Both the position numbers and the translations under genes were made by a program. 64,000 nt of DNA from Candidatus Fermentibacteraceae bacterium (GTDB taxonomy: Bacteria > Fermentibacterota > Fermentibacteria > Fermentibacterales > JCC-6): positions 8,413 to 72,412 of the forward strand of contig JAFGPK010000020.1 of assembly GCA_016936235.1 (NCBI GenBank), read 5' to 3'. Below are positions 45,367 to 54,523 of this stretch, in pieces; position 1 is the stretch's first letter, and every line of letters starts with the position of its first letter. The notes beneath the pieces were generated by a model that saw only the letters and a program-made list of their open reading frames with translations, was not told the DNA's origin and made no database searches.

Positions 45367-47040
45367 TCAGAAATCCCTCCTGACCAGGCTCCTGTAGCCC
45401 GATCTCATGAATATAAGAGCGGAGGAGGCGGTGAGGACCGTCAGGATCCCCAGTGAAAGCCTCATCGTATGAAGAAGCGCTTCCGAAGGGAAACGGGCGG
45501 CGAATGAGTTCCTGAGCGTGAGCCCGAGGATCGTGATGGATACAAGCACGTATCCCATGGAGGCGAATGCCGAGATTATCCCTCCCTGGCTGCTGGCGAT
45601 GTTGGCCGCGCTCCCCTTCTCGAACCGGGGGAAGACGGCACCGAGACCTACATTGATGCTTACAAGGGCGGTGCACATGAGGGTCAGGGATACGGCCGAT
45701 ATGGCCACAAGGGTCCATCCGGCCCCGATCTTCAGCGTGGACCAGATCCCCAGGCCTACGATGAAGGGTGTGATGAACATGAAGGATTCAGCCCATTTGC
45801 TCTCCAGAAGCAACGCCCTTCCCCGGGGAAGCTGCAGGATGTAACTGAGCCCCGGACCCTCCAGACTTACGGACGGGAAGGTGAACCTGACCAGCAGTGT
45901 CGCCGTGACGAAACAGGAGAAGGAGAAATTGAGATATACGAGGATTGCCCGCCAGAACTCCTGGCCGATGTTCGTGGGGAAGCGGTTGATGTTCATGGCA
46001 TACACAAGGAACAGTCCCGTGAGGAGCAGAAGCTGGCTCCACTGAACCGGGTCACGGAAGAAGAGCAGGATGTCCTTGCTGAGCATGGTCCTGAAGCGTC
46101 CTCCGGACCTGAGGAAGATGCTGCTCCCCCTCTTCCTTGATGAGGACGCTCCCACCGCCGAGTACATCCTCCTGAACCCGGGGCAGATCATGAGGCACGC
46201 TATCCCTGATGCCGCCAGAGCCTCCGCCGTCAGGATGCCGGTGTTAAGGAGCCCCGATGACCAGTCGCCGCCGTCGATGGAGATGATCGTGTTCGCGAAG
46301 AGGCTGTGGGGCCAGAATCTGCCCCCCGCTACGGGCAGGTCGGCGACGAAACTCTGAAGGGCGTCCAGGGCGGTGTCTTCCTCGGCCACCATCCCGGAGG
46401 GATCGGAATTCCGGAGGATGAAAAAAAGCCCTGCCCCAACAAGGAGGCCAAGGAGGCCCGACGTCCTCCATATCCTCCCGCTGCTCCTGCTGAGCCTTAT
46501 AGAAGCCCCGAGGATTATGGTGCCCGAGGAGAGCCAGGTGAGCATGAGCAGAGGAAAGATCATGACTGCTGCGACAGTCGCAGGGGCGCTGGTGTCCAGG
46601 GAGACGCAGAAGGCGAGTACTATGGGGATGCCGAGGAGGAGGATGGCCCAGCCGGCGTTGAACCAGCTCTCGATACCCCTGTAGAATGCCGTGAACCTGT
46701 CCCGTACGGGCATGGTCAGCAGGAAGGAGGTCTCCCAGGACCTGAAGACCACGGAGACACCGCTGATGAAGGACGAAATCCCGATGAAGACCCCAAGTGT
46801 CATGAAGGTCATGGACATGAGCCTTCTGGCAAGGGCTACGCCGAATCCCGCAAAGGTCTCCTCGAGGCCGTATATGTATCCGAAGAGGAAACGGAACAGC
46901 AGGAATATGCCGGGTACCAGCACCGCCATGGTCAGGAGACCGGCCACCAGCTTCAGCCTGTTTCCGCTCCACTCGGAGGCTACCGCCCCCCTGAGGCTGG
47001 CTGACTTCAACCGGTACAGCAGTCTGATCTTCGATAGCAT
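45367..47040 (-). CDS. polytopic membrane protein (ABC-2 / putative-exporter-permease-like)
   Basis: 557 aa with more than 10 hydrophobic helices. No ATPase partner adjacent. Stop is 1 nt before the ruvX start. Confidence 0.6.
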   Translation of the reverse strand: MLSKIRLLYRLKSASLRGAVASEWSGNRLKLVAGLLTMAVLVPGIFLLFRFLFGYIYGLEETFAGFGVALARRLMSMTFMTLGVFIGISSFISGVSVVFRSWETSFLLTMPVRDRFTAFYRGIESWFNAGWAILLLGIPIVLAFCVSLDTSAPATVAAVMIFPLLMLTWLSSGTIILGASIRLSRSSGRIWRTSGLLGLLVGAGLFFILRNSDPSGMVAEEDTALDALQSFVADLPVAGGRFWPHSLFANTIISIDGGDWSSGLLNTGILTAEALAASGIACLMICPGFRRMYSAVGASSSRKRGSSIFLRSGGRFRTMLSKDILLFFRDPVQWSQLLLLTGLFLVYAMNINRFPTNIGQEFWRAILVYLNFSFSCFVTATLLVRFTFPSVSLEGPGLSYILQLPRGRALLLESKWAESFMFITPFIVGLGIWSTLKIGAGWTLVAISAVSLTLMCTALVSINVGLGAVFPRFEKGSAANIASSQGGIISAFASMGYVLVSITILGLTLRNSFAARFPSEALLHTMRLSLGILTVLTASSALIFMRSGYRSLVRRDF

Positions 47041-47144
47041 GGGGGAAAAATACTACCTCCCGCCGTTCCGTCACAGTCCCTCATGGAAGGTTGGACAGCA
47101 AAGACCCGGCTGGATAGATTACGGGGATTCGAAAGGAGAGCTGC

Positions 47145-47486
47145 ATGAAATGCCCCAACTGCGGAGCCCAGATCGGAACCTTCCAGGGGGAGACCCTCAC
47201 CTGTGAATACTGCAGGTCGACCTACCATGCAAGTGAATTCGACAAGAGCTGGAAGGGTACGCCGGCGGAACCCTCGGTAACGGAGGTTCACCATTACCAT
47301 CATCAGGAAGCTCCGGACAGGCTCTCCATGGGAATGGGATGCCTCGTCTTCCTGTTCTTCCCCCTTGGGTGGATAATCTACTTCCTCTACCGCGACTCGT
47401 CTCCGTCGAAGGCCAGGACCGCCATGATAATCGCCGCTGTGATGACTGTGCTTTTCCTGATAGGTATTGCCGGCGGGGGAAGATAG
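47145..47486 (+). CDS. small zinc-ribbon membrane protein
   Basis: 113 aa. CPNCG-x13-CEYC ribbon, His-rich linker (HHYHHQ), two TM helices. Confidence 0.65.
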   Translation: MKCPNCGAQIGTFQGETLTCEYCRSTYHASEFDKSWKGTPAEPSVTEVHHYHHQEAPDRLSMGMGCLVFLFFPLGWIIYFLYRDSSPSKARTAMIIAAVMTVLFLIGIAGGGR

Positions 47487-47539
47487 GTGCCTTCCGCGCC
47501 TGCATCTCCTCGAACAGGCCCACCGGCCCGGGAGGTCAC

Positions 47540-48907
47540 ATGAAAGAGAAATTCGATTTCGACAGAAGGGTCCTGATGTGCGGGAACTGCGGCGCCCCTC
47601 TGGAGACGGGGTTCGCCGGGGGTACGGTCAGGTGCGAGTACTGCGGAACGTCGAACCTGTTCCTGCCCCGGAAGGAAGAGCCTGTTGAGCCCCTGGCGGC
47701 CGCCGTGGAGATGGACGAGGAGACCAGGATGGAAATGCTCCGGCGCCAGGACGGAAGGCAGCCGGAGATGCCCCGGGAGCTGAAGCCCCTCATCTCAGGC
47801 GGGGAGCTTGCCCCCTGGAAGGTGCAGGAGGCCCTCTCCCTCTGGAGTTCCACCTGCAGGGAACTCTCCACCGGCAGTGATTACTCCGACGCGGAACTCC
47901 TCTACTACCTGACCATCATCCTCTCCAACCACTACTCGGGGAAGGAGGACGACCTCAGGGAGCGGGCCCTGTACGAAAGCGCCCTGGAGGTCCTCACCCT
48001 TCCACGACACCGCCAGATAATGCGCGGGTTCCTGGCCAGGAACGCGGCCCTTGAGGGGGACACCGCGGCCGCCAGGAGATGGCTGGCTCCCTGCAATCCC
48101 CGTTCCGAGGACCTGGAGACCGACAGCAGCTACAGGGTCTCCATGGCGGACATACTCACGGTGGAGGGGGACTGGGAAGGGGTCCTGAAACTCCTGGGAC
48201 AGGATTTCGATGAGGTCCCGATAACGTCTGCGCTGGACGGCAAGGCCATAGTCCAGAGGGCCAACGCCCTTGAGAGATCGGGCAGGACCGGGGAGGCGGC
48301 AAGGCAGCTTTACCTCTTCATGGAGGTCAACGGCAGCCTGGGCAGGAAAGCCCTTAGGAGCATAGTATCGGTATACTCGGATTCCAATCTGCAGGTCTGC
48401 CCACTGAGCCTTCCGGAAGCCGAGGAGAAGTATCACGAGAGCAGGGGGCACGCAGCCTCCGGCATGCAGAATCCCGGATGCTTCGGTCAGAGTTTCGCCG
48501 TAACCGGCGTCTTCATGATCGCCCTCGGTCTGTTCCTGGGCCCGGTCCTGGGCCGGGCCGGGGCCGGGATCCCGCTGGGTGTCAAGATCATGCTCTTCGT
48601 CATGGGCGGCATCTTCCTGGCAATAGGGGTCCGTCAGATCAGGGCGGGAAGGAAGGCTTCGAGACTTGTCACCAGGGGCGTGGAGGGGACCGGCACGGTC
48701 CAGAGCATGCAGCCCACCGCTTGGACCATCAACGATGTCCCCAAGTACCTGCTGGAACTGAAGGTGGAGCTGCCCGGCGGCAGATCCTTCACTGCCCGCA
48801 CGAAGATGACCATTCCGGAGAGCGAGAAGGAGAGGTTCTCGCCCGGGGCGCAGGTCACGGTGATGGCTGATCCCGAAGACCCCTCCAGCATTACGGTGAT
48901 GGACTGA
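47540..48907 (+). CDS. zinc-ribbon / helical-repeat / two-TM / DUF3592-like protein
   Basis: Start at ATG 47540 with GGAGG 5 nt upstream (the ORF opens at 47339). CGNCG-x14-CEYC ribbon, TPR-like helical region, two TM helices, then a beta-rich C-terminal domain (GTGTVQSM...VTVMADPEDP). Confidence 0.65.
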   Translation: MKEKFDFDRRVLMCGNCGAPLETGFAGGTVRCEYCGTSNLFLPRKEEPVEPLAAAVEMDEETRMEMLRRQDGRQPEMPRELKPLISGGELAPWKVQEALSLWSSTCRELSTGSDYSDAELLYYLTIILSNHYSGKEDDLRERALYESALEVLTLPRHRQIMRGFLARNAALEGDTAAARRWLAPCNPRSEDLETDSSYRVSMADILTVEGDWEGVLKLLGQDFDEVPITSALDGKAIVQRANALERSGRTGEAARQLYLFMEVNGSLGRKALRSIVSVYSDSNLQVCPLSLPEAEEKYHESRGHAASGMQNPGCFGQSFAVTGVFMIALGLFLGPVLGRAGAGIPLGVKIMLFVMGGIFLAIGVRQIRAGRKASRLVTRGVEGTGTVQSMQPTAWTINDVPKYLLELKVELPGGRSFTARTKMTIPESEKERFSPGAQVTVMADPEDPSSITVMD

Positions 48908-48923
48908 TCCAGGCCATGAATCC

Positions 48924-50480
48924 ATGGGCCTGAGGAACCCGGTCCCGGAGGCAGCAGGCGGGTACGGCCTCATCGCCGTCTCCTTCGCGCTGCTCACAAG
49001 GCTGGTCCACTTTTCCGGTTACGTCCTCGGGAGCCGGACCGACCTCTACTACTGGCCGGTCCTGGCCTGCAGGAAGTTCGAGGGGGCCGCGCTGGCCATC
49101 CTTCATGGAGCGCAGGATTCCGGCCCCTTCGTCTACGCCAGCCCGCTCTACAGGTACCTGATTCTTCCCTTCTACGCCGCAGGTGCGGACAGGACGGGGC
49201 TCTTCCTGTTCCAGTCCCTCCTGGGCGCCCTGACAGCCTGGATGATATTCCGTCTCTCTCGAAGGGCCGGCGCCGGGATAAGAACCGCACTTGCCGCCTC
49301 CGTCTGCTGGAGCCTCTACTCCCCGGCGGCCTTCTTCGAACTGACCATACTGCCGGTGGCGGCCCTCACCGCGCTGGTCGCCGCCTTCACACTGCTGGAG
49401 ACAGAGGAGGCCACCGGGGATCTGAAACCTGCGCTTTTCGGTCTCATCGCGGGTCTGATGGCCGGCCTTCGTCCCCCCTTCATGGCGCTGATGTCCATAC
49501 CCCTCTGGAAATGGCTGAAGATGAGGGCATGGAAGAAGACAGTTATCTCCCTGCTCCTCCTCCTGGTCCCGCTGGTGTTCCTGTCGATACAGCACCAGAG
49601 GGTGGGTGGGGGCTTCTACCCCTTCCCGAGGACCTCGGGAACCAATCTCGTACTGGGGCACAGCTCCGAATCAACAGGCTACGGCCCCCCGGTCCCCTCA
49701 CTGGGACTGGTCGAGACGGGCCGGGGGGATATTCACGAGGTGGCGGCGGCGGCGGCGGCTGAGAGGGGCCACGATACGCCGGGATCCGCCGACAGGTACT
49801 GGGCCGGTATCGCCATCACATGGACGGTCAATCATCCGTTTGAAGAGATGAGGCTCATGGCGGTGAAGCTGGGCGGATTCTTCGGCGCCGGGTGCTTCGA
49901 CACCTACTACGATGTCGGGCGGATAGGCTCGTTCAATCCGGTACTGCCGTTCTTCCCCGTTCCCAGGATGCTGTTCGTCCTGGCCTTCCTGGCCGGACTT
50001 CTACCTTTCCTCACAGGGGGAAGGCACCGGACCGTGATAATGGCGCCGGTGGCGCTGGCTCTTCTGTCCACGCTGGCCTTCGTCCATTCCGAGCGGTATT
50101 TCCTGCCGGTCCTCCCGGTGATGGCAGCTGCATCGGCAGGAGGTCTTACGGTACTGGTCCGCGGCTTGAGAAGGTCTGCGATCAGATGGTCCGCGGCAGG
50201 GGCGGCCGGCCTCCTGCTGGCTCTGCCCGGTCTCTTCTACCCGGTACCAAAGGTCCCCGAGGAGCTCTACATCAGTTCGCTGGCGGTCAGGGCCCACTAC
50301 ATGGAGGACTACCCTCTTTCCCTGGAACTGTTCGAGAGGGCCGCCCTGTTATCGGAGAGGGGGAGTGTGGTCTGGGTGCAGGGACACAGGGAGGCGGCCA
50401 GGATAGCCTCCGCCCTGGGAGATGGCGCGAGGGCCGGGCAGCACGTCAGGATACTCGAGGAAGCCGGGTTCCCCCCTTAG
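48924..50480 (+). CDS. GT-C fold glycosyltransferase (ArnT/PMT-like) with C-terminal TPR-like region
   Basis: 518 aa, more than 10 TM helices with the loop pattern typical of the GT39/GT83 families. Soluble C-terminal helical repeat (YMEDYPLSLELFERAALL...). Confidence 0.65.
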   Translation: MGLRNPVPEAAGGYGLIAVSFALLTRLVHFSGYVLGSRTDLYYWPVLACRKFEGAALAILHGAQDSGPFVYASPLYRYLILPFYAAGADRTGLFLFQSLLGALTAWMIFRLSRRAGAGIRTALAASVCWSLYSPAAFFELTILPVAALTALVAAFTLLETEEATGDLKPALFGLIAGLMAGLRPPFMALMSIPLWKWLKMRAWKKTVISLLLLLVPLVFLSIQHQRVGGGFYPFPRTSGTNLVLGHSSESTGYGPPVPSLGLVETGRGDIHEVAAAAAAERGHDTPGSADRYWAGIAITWTVNHPFEEMRLMAVKLGGFFGAGCFDTYYDVGRIGSFNPVLPFFPVPRMLFVLAFLAGLLPFLTGGRHRTVIMAPVALALLSTLAFVHSERYFLPVLPVMAAASAGGLTVLVRGLRRSAIRWSAAGAAGLLLALPGLFYPVPKVPEELYISSLAVRAHYMEDYPLSLELFERAALLSERGSVVWVQGHREAARIASALGDGARAGQHVRILEEAGFPP

Positions 50481-51520
50481 ATTTTCAGGAATTCGCCCCT
50501 TCCGTCAATGCAGTTGAGGAACTCCGTCAGAAGCTCGATGGCGGTCTCCACGTCGTGCCGGTGGACCACTGCCACAGGGCTATGGCCGTATCGGGTGGGT
50601 ATGGAGAGGCATATGGAGTGGGCCCCGGGAGAGAACCTCTGCATGCTGGAGGTATCGGTGCCGCCCCTTACCAGTATCTCCATCTGGTGGTCGATGCCCT
50701 TCTCCTCCGCCAGCTTCCTCATGTACTCCACCATGGGGGTGGAGCTGATCACGCTTGAATCCATCTGCTTTATGGCCACGCCCCCGCCCAGGTCGGCTAT
50801 CTTCATCCTGGAGGGATATCCCGGGGTGTCGCCGGCCCCCGTTATGTCAACGGCTATGCCGATGTCAGGCCTGATGGTCTGGGCGGCCACCGTGGAACCG
50901 CGGAGCCCCACCTCCTCCTGGGAGGTGCCCACCGCGTAGACATCGATGGCGGGGTTGCTGAAGCGCTTGAAGGCCTCGATTACTATGTAGGTCCCGACCC
51001 TGTCGTCGAAGGCCTTCGCGAGCAGACAGTCCCCCAGTTCCATGAACCCGGTGTCCATGGAGACCCAGTCGCCGCGGCTCACTCTCTCCTTCACAACGTC
51101 CGCCGGAAGGCCAAAATCAAGGTAGAGCTTGTCTATCTTCGGCTTCGGGCTGTCGTCCTTGCCTGGAGGCTCCCACAGAACCGACATCATGGCGGGCACT
51201 TGTTCCCCGGACCGTGTATGGACACGGACGGTATGGCCCATGATGCTGGTGGGGTCCCACCCTCCCACGGGCACCACGGAGGCGAACCCGCTTTCGTCTA
51301 TGTTGTAGACGAGGAAGCCTATCTCGTCTATGTGCCCCGCCAGCATTACCCTGATGCGGTCGTCCCCCTCGCTCCCGCTCTTCAGGGCGATGATGTTCTT
51401 CATGGCGTCGATGGTGAAACTGTCCGCGTGGTCCTTCAGGGATTCCCTGAAAATCTCGACTATGGCATCCTCATGGCCGGAGATGCCGTCGGCCTCGCAC
51501 AATCTCTTCAGGAGTTCCAT
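50477..51520 (-). CDS. M42-family aminopeptidase (FrvX/CelM-like)
   Basis: 347 aa. LCEADGISGHEDAI and LAGHIDEIGFLV motifs. Confidence 0.87.
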   Translation of the reverse strand: MELLKRLCEADGISGHEDAIVEIFRESLKDHADSFTIDAMKNIIALKSGSEGDDRIRVMLAGHIDEIGFLVYNIDESGFASVVPVGGWDPTSIMGHTVRVHTRSGEQVPAMMSVLWEPPGKDDSPKPKIDKLYLDFGLPADVVKERVSRGDWVSMDTGFMELGDCLLAKAFDDRVGTYIVIEAFKRFSNPAIDVYAVGTSQEEVGLRGSTVAAQTIRPDIGIAVDITGAGDTPGYPSRMKIADLGGGVAIKQMDSSVISSTPMVEYMRKLAEEKGIDHQMEILVRGGTDTSSMQRFSPGAHSICLSIPTRYGHSPVAVVHRHDVETAIELLTEFLNCIDGRGEFLKI

Positions 51521-51557
51521 CCCGGGTTTCCTTTCCGTACTTGCCTGTGACCGAACC

Positions 51558-52496
51558 CTACATCAGGGGCGTCAGCCAGGTGAATCCCGCCGCTTCCATC
51601 GACCCGGTGGCCGACACGCCGGAGAAATCTATGTCCTCAAGCACGCTGGCGGCGGCTTCAGGAGGCTCCATCCCGTTCTCCAGTATCTGGTTGAGGTAGA
51701 ATATCTCGATGATACCGCTCGCTCCCCAGTCCACGCTGTTTGTATAACCCGAGACCAGGAAGCCCTGGGGCCAGCTGTCCCTGGAACCGACGATAGCCCG
51801 GGGGAGACGGCCGGCCATAATCTCGCAGCAGCTGAAGTGGATCATGGCCAGATTCCTGCATGGTTCTATCGCCTGCAGGAAGTCCCGGGAGGAGACCGTT
51901 CCCGACGCAAGTTCCACGCCTGAGCTCGAGCCGTGGGAGGCGATGACCAGGTAGAGGTCGCCGGGAAGCCCGGAGGATTCCAGGCAGAAGGTCCTCAGGT
52001 CGTCGGCGTCGTGCACGAACCGGTGCCTGACGGTGACCCCGGGAACCCTGGCGAACCAGGCGGCGAGCATCTCACCGAAGGAGTACTCGTCCTCGGAGAG
52101 GGATGTCTGCCATTCGGATTCCAGAACCACCAGCCAGTTGGACGGCGCCGTCCCCGACCCGGCCCTGTAGCCTTCCCAGTCATACCAGGTACCGCCGCCG
52201 TCGGGTCTCCACATTCCCCGGATCGCGTTACCGTCTTCGGAGAGCAGGAACCAGCCCTCTCCGGACGCCGAGGGCTCCTGGTACGTGAAGGCCAGTTTCC
52301 CTTCGCCGTCCACCGAACCCTGAACGGTGGAATAGCCTCCGAGGGTGTAGTAGCCGCTGACCTCGAGTCCCTCCTGGAACAGCACCAGGGTCCCGTAGGT
52401 GGTCTCCCATGTCCCGCCGAAATCCGCGGGTTCGTCCCCGAAGGCCTGACTGACAGTGATCAGGGAACAGAGAACCGCCATGGAGATGATCTTCAT
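51558..52496 (-). CDS. secreted protein with C-terminal caspase/legumain-like (clan CD) His-Cys signature
   Basis: Signal peptide MKIISMAVLCSLITVSQAFG (ATG 52496, ATGA overlap with the alaS stop). LYLVIASHGSSSG and MIHFSCCEIMAG resemble the His-Gly and Ala-Cys catalytic blocks of clan CD peptidases. Confidence 0.55.
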   Translation of the reverse strand: MKIISMAVLCSLITVSQAFGDEPADFGGTWETTYGTLVLFQEGLEVSGYYTLGGYSTVQGSVDGEGKLAFTYQEPSASGEGWFLLSEDGNAIRGMWRPDGGGTWYDWEGYRAGSGTAPSNWLVVLESEWQTSLSEDEYSFGEMLAAWFARVPGVTVRHRFVHDADDLRTFCLESSGLPGDLYLVIASHGSSSGVELASGTVSSRDFLQAIEPCRNLAMIHFSCCEIMAGRLPRAIVGSRDSWPQGFLVSGYTNSVDWGASGIIEIFYLNQILENGMEPPEAAASVLEDIDFSGVSATGSMEAAGFTWLTPLM

Positions 52497-54280
52497 TCCA
52501 GCACCGCCCTTATCCTTCGCACTCCCCGGGAGGAGCTCTTCTCGCTGATTATCCTGAAGCCGCCCAGCTCCCCCGTCCTGGAGACATGGGGACCTCCGCA
52601 TATCTCCATGGAGAAATCGCCTATCCTGTACACTTTCACCATGTCGCCGTACCTGTTCCGGAAGAGCCCGATGGCCCCCTCTTCCAGGGCATCCTCGAGG
52701 ACCTTCTCCTGGCAGACTATCGGGAGGTCGGCCTTTATGATACCGTTCACCTTCTCCTCCACCAGACGGATCTCGCTGTCGGTCATGGCGTCCGGGTGGC
52801 TGAAGTCGAACCTCAGCCTCTTCTCGGTGATGTTGCTTCCCTTCTGCTCCACGTGGTCTCCCAGCACCTCCCGCAGAGCCTGATGGAGAAGATGTGTGGC
52901 GGTATGGAGCTTCGTGACCATCTCGCTGTTGTCCGCCAGACCACCTTTGAATTTCCCCTCGCTGCCCTGCCGGGACAGTTCCCTGTGCCTGTCGAAGGCT
53001 TTAGTGTAACCATCCATGTCAACGGAGAGGCCGTGCTCCGAAGCCAGCTCCGCAGTGAACTCCACAGGGAAGCCGTAGGTGTCGTAGAGCTTGAACGCCA
53101 CCCGCCCCGGTATCGTCCTCGAAGGATTCCTGGAGAGGTTGGGAAGCAGCTTCTCGAACTCACGGAGCCCAGACTGGAGTGTTTCCTCGAAACGTTCCTC
53201 CTCCTGCTCCAGCTCCTTCATGACGAAGTTCCTGTTCCGCGCCAGCTCGGGGTAGTCGCCGGACTCGGTCTCGATGACCAGCTCCGCCAGCCTGTGGGTG
53301 AAGGGTTCGTCGATCCCCAGTTTCCTTCCGTGGCGCACGGCCAGGCGGATCAGACGCCTGAGGACGTACCCCCTGTCCAGGTTGGATGGCGGGATGCCCT
53401 GATCGTCACCCAGTACGTGCGTGGCGGTCCTGATATGGTCCGAGATTATCCTCAGGGACCTTCGGGCATCACCCGAGGGTTCGTCACCGGTTCCCGACAG
53501 CTTCTTCAGGAAACCGAAGAGAGGTCTGAACTGCGGTATGTCGAATATCGAGTCGCAGCCGTTGATCATGGCCACGGTGCGCGCCACGCCCATCCCCGTG
53601 TCCACGTTCCTGTTGCCCATGGGAACGTACTCTCCAAGGGCCGTCTTCCTGTATTCCATGAAAACATCGTTCCACACCTCGAAGTACTTGCCGCAACCGC
53701 ACCCCGGTCTGCATTCCGGTCCGCATGCGGGTCTTCCTGTATCGATGAACATCTCCGTATCCGGACCGCAGGGGCCCGTGGCCCCGGTAGGACCCCACCA
53801 GTTGTCCTCCCTGCCGAGGAAATAGATCCTGTCCCCGGGAACCCCCACCTCTTCCCAGAGGGCGGCCGCCTCCTCGTCGGGCGGGGCCTGCCCGTCTCCG
53901 GCGAATACGGTGACATGCAGCCTTTCAGGGCTGAAGCCCAGCCACTCCCGACCTGTGAGGAACTCGAAGCTCCACTGTATGGACTCACGCTTGAAGTAAT
54001 CCCCCAGCGACCAGTTCCCCAGCATCTCGAAGAAGGTGAGGTGCGAGGAGTCGCCAACCTCCTCGATATCGCCGGTGCGTATGCACTTCTGCACGTCGAC
54101 CAGTCTGTTGCCCGCAGGGTGTTTCTCACCCAGGAGATAGGGGACCAGGGGCTGCATCCCGGCGGGAGTGAAGAGTATGGTGGAGTCTTCCTGAGGTATC
54201 AGCGAGGCTCCCTGGATCAGGGTGTGCCCCCTCGCGGTGAAGAAATCGAAATAGAGTCTCTTGAGCTCTTCAGCTGTCAT
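52493..54280 (-). CDS. alaS: alanine--tRNA ligase, short form lacking the C-Ala domain
   Basis: 595 aa. FTPAGMQP, KCIRTGDIEEVGDSSHLTFFEMLGNWS, editing-domain HTATHLLHQAL and CGGPHV. The protein ends ~30 aa after CGGPHV. Confidence 0.9.
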   Translation of the reverse strand: MTAEELKRLYFDFFTARGHTLIQGASLIPQEDSTILFTPAGMQPLVPYLLGEKHPAGNRLVDVQKCIRTGDIEEVGDSSHLTFFEMLGNWSLGDYFKRESIQWSFEFLTGREWLGFSPERLHVTVFAGDGQAPPDEEAAALWEEVGVPGDRIYFLGREDNWWGPTGATGPCGPDTEMFIDTGRPACGPECRPGCGCGKYFEVWNDVFMEYRKTALGEYVPMGNRNVDTGMGVARTVAMINGCDSIFDIPQFRPLFGFLKKLSGTGDEPSGDARRSLRIISDHIRTATHVLGDDQGIPPSNLDRGYVLRRLIRLAVRHGRKLGIDEPFTHRLAELVIETESGDYPELARNRNFVMKELEQEEERFEETLQSGLREFEKLLPNLSRNPSRTIPGRVAFKLYDTYGFPVEFTAELASEHGLSVDMDGYTKAFDRHRELSRQGSEGKFKGGLADNSEMVTKLHTATHLLHQALREVLGDHVEQKGSNITEKRLRFDFSHPDAMTDSEIRLVEEKVNGIIKADLPIVCQEKVLEDALEEGAIGLFRNRYGDMVKVYRIGDFSMEICGGPHVSRTGELGGFRIISEKSSSRGVRRIRAVLE

Positions 54281-54355
54281 GACATTCCTTCTAGGTCTTG
54301 ATAGTGTCGTCGTTCCGGGACTAGCCGGGGTCCCGGTGGATCAGGGGTGGAGATT

Positions 54356-54523
54356 GAGATCCTTCTCGTATATCCTGTATGCTCGGGTACTGCTCAGCTT
54401 TGAGGTCCCTCTCAAGTATCTTCCTCATTGACCGTCAATGAGCCTCAGAGATCCTTCTCGTATATCCTGTATGTTCGGTACTGCTCAGCTTTGAGGTCCC
54501 TCTCAAGTATCTTCCTCATTGAC
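54356..54523. repeat. direct duplication (77/76 nt, 92-nt period) of the 3' end of the GNAT-like gene, with a 9-bp palindrome at the junction
   Basis: 54356-54432 and 54448-54523 differ by one substitution and one 1-nt indel. Copy 2 encodes the last 25 codons of gene 54445-55569. The junction has ctcattgac-c-gtcaatgag (54424-54442). Confidence 0.9.

Noticed and set aside
47795-48997. 400-aa minus-strand ORF
   Set aside because: Antisense to the zinc-ribbon/TPR/TM gene. Composition is Gly/Pro/Arg/Leu-rich with no domain features. The plus-strand gene has an SD, a ribbon, TM helices and operon context.
52586-54301. 571-aa plus-strand ORF
   Set aside because: Antisense to alaS, which carries unmistakable AlaRS motifs. 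No motifs of its own.
54356-54523. Possible CRISPR array or REP-type repeat family
   Set aside because: Only two copies, 77 nt long, with a 15-nt spacer. One copy is coding sequence, there are no cas genes, and there are no further copies in the window. It is treated as a local duplication instead.
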